A program made the position numbers and the translations under genes. A model generated the notes under the pieces. It was not told the origin of the DNA. It did not search any database and worked only from the letters and a program-made list of their open reading frames with translations. From Octopus vulgaris (taxonomy: Eukaryota): 64,000 bases of DNA. The DNA is taken from contig OX597816.1 in assembly GCA_951406725.2 (NCBI GenBank), forward strand, positions 171,740,001-171,804,000, given 5' to 3'. Position 1 is the first letter of the stretch. Every line of letters begins with the position of its first letter. This document shows, piece by piece, positions 56,561-64,000 of the stretch.

Positions 56561-56784
56561 TTCATTGAAAAGCAGCAGAAATATCACAAAAACTGTTACT
56601 CAGAGTTTCAATAAAGCCTATTACACTACCGCTGGTATTCGAGTACTATTTTTTCCACTTTGTTTCGTATTTATGTGCTTACTCCGGTACATATATATAT
56701 ATGGTGCTATTAAGTTAGACATGGCCTGGGCCAATAATGGCCGAAACCTATCAAAGTATCAAAGTATCAAAGTATATATATATA

Positions 56785-57154
56785 TAACGGGAAGCTTTAT
56801 GAAAATAAACAAAAGACGAAGGCAGGTGGAAAACAAACGAACAATTGTATTAGTATGGCGCTCAGGAAATATAAATAAAACAAGTTTTTAACGTTTCGAG
56901 CCTACGCTCTTCAACAGAAAGATACACAGAGAGAGAAAAACAAAGAAAGAAGGAGAGAAAAAAATGCGTGCAGTAGCTAACGAATCAACATGGCGATCTG
57001 ATTTCGGCCAGAGGTCAAAGATCAAACATGAGACGCGAGAGCGAAATAAGGGGAGATAATAGGGTTGATAAAAGGGTTGAGGGACCAGCTAATAGTGCGT
57101 GGGAGGGGTCTGGATGTGTGTATGTATAGGGTTGGTGTATGTATTAGTATGTAT

Positions 57155-57191
<37 letters not shown>

Positions 57192-58762
57192 AGAGAGTAT
57201 TAGTGCGTAGGATTGGTCTGGACGTGCGTATGTATGGGGTTGGTGTATGTATTAGTATGTATTAGTATGTATTAGTACGTATTGGTATGTATAGGTGTGT
57301 GTGTGTGTGTGTGAGAGAGTATAAGTGCGTATGCGGGGTCTGGACGTGTGTATGTATAGGGTTGGTGTAAGTATTAGTATGTACTAGTATGTATTAGTAC
57401 ATATTAGTATGTATTAGTTGGTGTGTGTATTAGTATGGCACATCATATGTGATGTGATGTGTAAAGTCATGTGGTGTAGTGAGGAGAAGAGGGGGAGAGA
57501 AGGGGAGGGGAAGAAGAGGGGGAGGAGAAGGGGGAAGAGGAGAGGATGGGGGAGAAGGAAGGGGAGGAGGGGATGAAGGAGGAAAGAGGGAGAGGGGGAG
57601 AGAGAAGGGGAGAGGGGGAGTGAGGGAGCAGAGGGAAGGGGAAGAGGGAGGGAGAAAGAGGGAAGAAGGGAAGGGGAGTAGGGGTGGAAGGATGAAGGAC
57701 TGAAGAAGTAGGGGTCGGGGGGAGAAAGGATAGGTGAGGAGAGGGGGGTTAGATGAGGAGGGGGGAGAGTTGAGACCAAATGGCGTATAAGAGCGAAGAG
57801 AGAAGATTAATTACTGTTCACGGCGCAAACGGGAATCCGGATGGCCTCTGTGTAAGGACAAACCGAACACAGATAGGTGTTGCAAGGAGTGACCGGTGGA
57901 GCGGAAATGGCGTGAGACCGGTGTGTCGTTCGCAAGGTGGATGTCACGAAGGTGTTCCGCGAACCGGTCAGCCAAGCGGCGTCCCGTTTGTCCGATGTAC
58001 AAGGAATTGCAGAGAGAGCAAGAGATGCAATAGATAATATTGCTGGAGGTGCAGGTGAAGGAGTGGATGATGGGATAGGGTCGATGGTGGGTGCTAGTGA
58101 GGCGGGTGGTGTTGGAGAGGTAAGGGCAAGTGCGGCAACGTGGGCGGGAGCAGGGGAACGAGCCGGGTTGGGAGGTAGGGTCAGGGAAGTAGCTATGGAC
58201 CAAAAGGTCTCGAAGGTTGTGGGCTCGTTTGAAAGAGGGGAGGGGTCGGTTAGGGAAGAGGTGTGAAGTGGACGGGTCGGACTGGAGATGACGGAAAGCT
58301 CGAAGAATGGTGCGTTGGAGACGTAGGGTCGTGGGGTGGTAAGTGAGGGGAAAGGGAGGCGGGAGACTACAGGGCGGGTTCGGGGAGAGAGAGCAGATAC
58401 ACGGTCCACGGACCGTGCTCTGGCAAGGGCGGTGTGGATAGTGGTGAGGGGGTATCCACGTAGGGTGAAGTGGTGAGCCATACGTTGAGACTGAGTCTCA
58501 AAGTCATGGTCGTCACTACAGAGCCTACGTAGACGGAGGAATTGGGAATAGGGGATGGAAAGCTTGGTGTGTTCTGGGTGGGAGGAAGAGAAGTTGAGGT
58601 ATGAGTGTGAGTCTGTGTGTTTGTAGTGAATGGAGGTGGTAAGAGTGGAGTGGTAAGAATGCTAACCGAAATGTCGAGGAAGGAGACAGAGGTGTTGGAG
58701 ATAGTGGAAGTGAAGTGGAGGGCTGGATGGAAAGATTGGACGAAAGAGAGGAAGGAATCTAG
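56785..58762 (-). mobile_element. 5'-truncated Penelope-like retrotransposon (Neptune-type)
   Basis: RT end (SFHPALHFT...SFLDISV), Cys-rich linker CSRPRCRTC and GIY-YIG domain NIIYCISCSLCNSLYIGQTGRRLADRFAEH; frameshifts and a stop; ~1-kb low-complexity 3' UTR; TA repeats at both ends. Confidence 0.92.
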
Positions 58763-58777
58763 ATGATATATATAATG

Positions 58778-59031
58778 GACTCTCCCGTCGTTAGACGAAG
58801 TATAAGAGCTCGGCAATTTCTTACCGAAAAACAGCACCTGATTTGTTTATAGTGATCAAATGTTTGTGCACACATAAGCTCACTTCCCTATCAAAGCGAC
58901 ATCACCTGTACAGGTGCACCGTGTGCCACATGTGAGATGACGAAACGATCGTAGAGCAACGTCTGGGAACCGAACCCATGATCTTGCAATCGTGAGTGCA
59001 ACACCTTAACCACTAAGCCATGCTCCTTCAC
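58778..59031 (-). mobile_element. SINE head D (core partly deleted) plus tail V
   Basis: Head matches 40137; the downstream sequence matches no other tail, so the left boundary is uncertain. Confidence 0.55.
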
Positions 59032-59107
59032 CAACACACACACAAACACATGCTTAACCACTAAATCTACAGGGTTTTTCATTCTTTTTCATTCTCTCTC
59101 TGTTTAT

Positions 59108-59204
59108 AGTGGCACCTTGGGCAAGTGTCTTCTACTACAGCCTCGGGCCGACCAAAGTCTTGTGAGTGGATTTGGTAAACGGAAACTGAAAGAAGCCCGT
59201 CGTA

Positions 59205-59269
<65 letters not shown>

Positions 59270-59466
59270 CTGTGTTTGTTACCTCCATTATCACTTGACA
59301 ACATGGTGTGTTTACGTCGCTGTAACTTAGCGGTTCGGCAAAAGAGACCGATAAAATAAGTACAAGGCCTCCAAAGAATAAGTCCTGGGGTCGATGTGCT
59401 TGACTAAAAGGCGGTGCTCCAGCATGGCCACAGTTAAATGACTGAAACAAGTAAAAGAATAAAAGA
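59108..59466 (+). mobile_element. SINE family B, 5'-truncated
   Basis: Starts at GTGGCACCTTGGGCAAG. Confidence 0.88.
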
Positions 59467-60752
59467 GTCTATATATCTATTTATATACATACATACACAC
59501 ACACATCCAAAAGTTTTAGGGTAAAAATTGCCATCTACTCTGAGCATCTTAACGTGATATTCATTTTTGTGTAATACACGAGTGTGATTACGTAAAACAA
59601 AGTTGTAAGCATCATTTTTTTACCCTTTCTTCTAAATTTTAACATGCTTTATTTATTATTTTTTTTAGAATATTTTCATACAAGGTGCAATAGTATTTTT
59701 TTAAAATCTCCATTGCGCCCCGAAAATAAGGGGGGAAATGATTGAAGTCCACTGCATTACATCATTAGCTTGAAACCCAGGGTGAGCCACAACCAACCCA
59801 CATTCCCACGCATCACCATTACCTCCCTCCCGCCAGTTTTTTTTTGTTTTTTCAAGTGTCTTTCTGAACATAATCTCCAAATGAAAAGTTAGCAATATTA
59901 TGTAGGATTCTTTTTAACTTCTTCACGAATGACAGAAATGTTCATTATATAACATATTGGTTTCCATTCTATTTTGGGTCTGATTAATGGCTTCAACTGT
60001 TGTCCTGTCAAGACGTGACAAAGCCTTTTCTAGACATGCACCTGCTCAATAAAAATAAATATATAAATAAACAGCTAAATGGGACTAGGGTTAAATTACG
60101 TCAGTGTATTCATCTGCAAGGGGTAAGGGTACTACAAGGGGTAAGGGTACAACAAGGAATATCAGCTGGAAAAAAACAACTTAAGTTCAGTTTAAAACTA
60201 ATGAAAAGTATAAAAAAAAAGACACATAGGTGACTGCTAGAAAAATGTGGAGACACAAATTAGGACAAAGGTAGATACATAACGAACTTGTATCTGAAGG
60301 TCAGGATGTTTAATGGCGTTTATTTCTCTTAAGAGGGCGGTAATAAGGTTCGAAATAAGTGATCAGCTCTCTGAAACATAGAAGCTGAATAACTGTATCA
60401 CTTTCAACGATGATAGTTTTCCTAACAAATGCCAGTGTTAATATTTATTTTGAAAGCAAAGGCGGTGAGCTGACAGAATTGTTTGCATACCAAGAAAAAT
60501 GCTTAGCGGCATTTCGGCCAATCTGCACGTTCTGAGTTCAAATTACGTTGAGGTCGACATTGCCTTTAATCCTTTCGGTGTCGATAAAATAAGTACCATT
60601 TGAGCACTTGCCTTGTGCCGAAATTTTAAACCAATATCTATATCGAACATAGTTTCGTATGGCAAACTTTTGGAAACTGACGAAAATATTAAAAACTAAA
60701 ATTTCTTCAGACTTCTGGAATGTGAAATCAGAACGTAACATCAGACGAAATA

Positions 60753-61435
60753 CCTATTTCTTTACTACTCACAATGGGCTAAACACAGAGAGGACAAACA
60801 AGGACAGACAAACGGATTAAGTCGATTATATCGATCCCAGTGCGTAACTGGTACTTATTTAATCGATCCCGAAAGGATGAAAGGCAAAGTCGACCTCAGC
60901 GGAATTTGAACCCAGAACGTAACGGCAGATGAAATACCTATTTCTTTACTATCCACAAGAGGCTAAACACAGAAGGGATAAACAAGGACATACAAACGGA
61001 TTAAGTCGATGACATCGACCCCAGTGCGTAACTGGTACTTATTTAATCGACCCCGAAAGGATGAAAGGCAAAGTCGACCTCGGCGGAATTTGAACTCAGA
61101 ACGTAACGGCAGACGAAATACTTATTTCTTTACAACCCACAAGGGGCTAAACACAGAGGGGACAGACAAACGGATTAAGTCGATTACATCGACCCCAGTG
61201 CGTAATTGGTACTTAATTTATCGACTCCGAAAGGATGAAAGGCAAAGTCGACCTCGGCGGAATTTGAACTCAAGAACGTTTCGTCTGCCGCTACGTTCTG
61301 AGTTCAAATTCCGCCGAGGTCGACTTTGCCTTTCATCCTTTCGGGGTCGATTAAACAAGTACCAGTTACGCACTGGTGTCGATGTAATCGACTTAATACC
61401 TATGTCTGTCCCTGTTTGTCTCTTCTGTGTTTAAG
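60753..61435. mobile_element. Three tandem headless family A units (-) plus one inverted unit (+)
   Basis: ~185-bp units joined at GAAATACyTATTTCTTTAC; orientation flips at ~61277. Confidence 0.9.
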
Positions 61436-62462
61436 CCTCCGTACTGTAAATCTACAAATATGATTTCCAAATTTTCAGTTATTTTTCAACACAATAATCA
61501 TATGCAATTTGTCATACACGAATAATAATTGTACACCTTTTTTTCGTTCCAGCGAAGCCTTTATGATACATATAATTACTTTTCTTAACCTTCTATTTGC
61601 TTACGCGGTCGACACATTCATATACATATAAAGCTCATTCAGCGAGACCTGGTTTCGTGACCTGGTTTTGATTCACGAGTTCACTTACGTTGCTAATGTC
61701 ACTGGAGGCGACGTGAAAGACACAAGCATTATTTGTACTCCTCTAAAGTTAAAATAACCTACAGTAGTCATTGATCGAGACTATTCTCTGCGAACAGTCG
61801 GACCGGCTTTATTTTCCTTTTTACATGAATAATTTTTTGCTGTTTGTACCCAGTCTCTATAACTGAGACAATAAATTAGATACAAAGCAACACTGTAATA
61901 CATGCTATGATACTTCACTTTCACTTATACTACGTTCCATTGTCACTGATTTTGAAAATATTTTTAGCTTTTAAATAATCTCCATATTGATCGTCTGTAG
62001 CTCACATTTCATAAAGTAACTAAAAGTGATTATAACGAATGAGTTTCTAAATAGAGTAAATTGTAATTGTAAAAAAGAAGTTTCTTAATTACGACAAAAA
62101 CAAAACTTAACGATAATATTGATCATGGAGCGAACAGAGCATATAAGAAGGGATTAGTTAGTACAGAAAGCCAAGGATTAGGGGCACAGAAAACCAAGGA
62201 AGGCCCACTTGCCTCTCTGTTGATCCCATCCCTAAAAACATCCAAAACTCACAACCCCCATAGATATTGAAAAGAAAGAACCACTCCGAACGGAGATCCG
62301 AAATCAGAGCTGTTTCGCCTGATCCAATTTCTTTAGTTGGTCCAAGCAGTAAGGAGCGACTGAAGAAATTTCCTGTTTGTTAGACTGGAATTCGATGTTC
62401 TACTTTTCGTTACATTTATTTTGACATCCGACCGTTTGATATGAAGTGCTTTAGGTAAACGC

Positions 62463-62790
62463 AGGCGGCATGACCATATGGTCAAGAAGTTCAGTTTGTA
62501 ATCACGACGTCTCTGATTCAATCGCACTGTATGGCATCGTAGGCAAATGCTTTTTACCTTAGCATTGAATCGAGCTTTATGAGTGAAAATAGTTAACTGG
62601 AAACAGTTGTATGGGTACCTGTAATTTAATGGCCCTACCTTATTGAATATTGTATTACACTGATTCTACCTGATAATTTACTTTAGGGTTGCATGTATCT
62701 GCTGCATACTCAGCCTCTTGTACTCAATTTAACTAGTAAGTATTTCAGTTGATGGAACAATTGAATAGTCAGCGTCGAAACCGAAGAACG
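62463..62790 (+). mobile_element. Very old SINE: family B-like head plus tail Z
   Basis: Degenerate head B followed by a degenerate tail Z (TACCTGTAATTT...CTCAGCC...GTTGATGGA...CGTCGAAACCG). Confidence 0.5.
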
Positions 62791-63596
62791 TAGATGGCTG
62801 AGTCAAAAGTCTATGGACTAATAAACCTCAAATTAGGCAAAGGATTCCCTATCATCAGTATTGCATTATAACTATGGCTATGTCACTTTACTCGCAAATG
62901 ACCACATCCACGTAACTGTCTAAAGGAACATGGCATCACTGTGAGGCTTGTCTGCAAATGCAAAATCAGTGAATGTTCAACAGCTTTCAGTTCTTAGTTC
63001 ATTTCTTCTTGGGTGAATAGTTTGTATTCTGCATTTCTAACTTAGCCTACATGAACACAAAACATTGGTACCCGCCTGAATTATTGGAATCAAGTTTTTA
63101 ATCACTTTGAATCAAATATGTCATTCCTTCTCAAACAAGATGCAAACTAGATGCATTTATTCATTTTTACAAGCTACTAACCAAAAGAATTTCTTCAATT
63201 TTATTTCCATCAACAAAAAAAAAAGGTTACTATCGGTGAGGGGTAGTGGAAGTGGTGGAAGTGGTGGTGACAGTAGTCGTTGTCGTCTGCTGTTTTTTGC
63301 GGTGGATGATGATTGCAATAATTTATTCGGTCGCTAGAACAGCAATGTAATCTTAGTCATTAAGCAGTATATGTACTCTACATTCACGGGATAGGCCAGC
63401 GAAATTAAACACCTAAGGATATGAATTTATTTATTTGTTTATTTATCTATTCATAACCCATGCTGTATTGGTACATTTGCACTCAGTGTCAGGCCATCAA
63501 CCTTATTCACTATTATGTAAATATATTGTGTCAGGCACACGTTTTGTCTATGTTCTAATTAGTAACCTTTCGCTTATCAAAGAAGCTTGAGAGGCG

Positions 63597-63955
63597 GTTG
63601 GATGGAACCTACACTCGCCTCCTTATGAGAGCTCAAAATCTCTCGTGGAAGCGCCATCCAACCAAAATGCAAATATATGGGAAACTACCACCTGTGTCAT
63701 CTCTTGTGAAAGGTAGGAGAGTCCAGTTTGCTGGACATTGTTGTAGAGCTGAAAAAGAAGTAATTTCTACTCTTCTCCTCTGGAAGCCATCTACTCGCAA
63801 TACCAGAGGGCGCACACTCTCCTACCCTGATGTAATCTCCAGGGATACAGGCATCCAGCAACAGGACCTCCGTAATGCCACGATGGACTGTGAAGTCTGG
63901 CGTAGCATGGTAAATTCCATTGTCTCGACCACGGTCGAACAATGATGATGATGAT
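63597..63955 (+). mobile_element. RTE-like LINE 3' fragment
   Basis: Near-identical to 47089-47447; (TGA)n tail. Confidence 0.85.
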
Positions 63956-64000
63956 CTATTATCAGCAGTTAGGAGAAATGAGCGAATTCTGGTAAATCAT

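Noticed and set aside
60753-61273. CRISPR-like regular repeats
   Set aside because: Units are whole SINE bodies with no unique spacers; eukaryotic context and no cas genes.

Overview
AT-rich, microsatellite-dense eukaryotic DNA; the repeat content suggests an octopus or other cephalopod genome (inference). One host gene is supported: a KLF15-like Kruppel-like factor with an uninterrupted coding region (2381-3640, +) inside a ~9 kb zone nearly free of young insertions. The remaining ~54 kb is mostly mobile elements: several tRNA-headed SINE families, Penelope-like elements (PLEs), Tx1/L1-, RTE- and CR1-type LINE 3' ends, a Gypsy RT relic, Tc1, mariner and maT relics, Merlin- and pogo-like MITEs, two non-autonomous Helitrons and a U6 pseudogene. 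Most interesting observations: (1) an apparently intact hammerhead ribozyme in a small non-coding (TA)n-flanked insert, plus hammerhead-like cores in PLE terminal repeats; (2) SINEs in which several heads and tails occur in swapped combinations, several with their own target-site duplication (TSD); (3) a full-length U6 copy placed head-to-tail with a SINE; (4) a young Tx1-like LINE inserted in an (ATCT)n array; (5) a ~1.57 kb near-perfect palindrome that splits a SINE at its internal (TA)n. Family labels A-D (heads) and V-Z (tails) are my own. All alignments and folds were done by eye, so boundaries may be off by a few bases.
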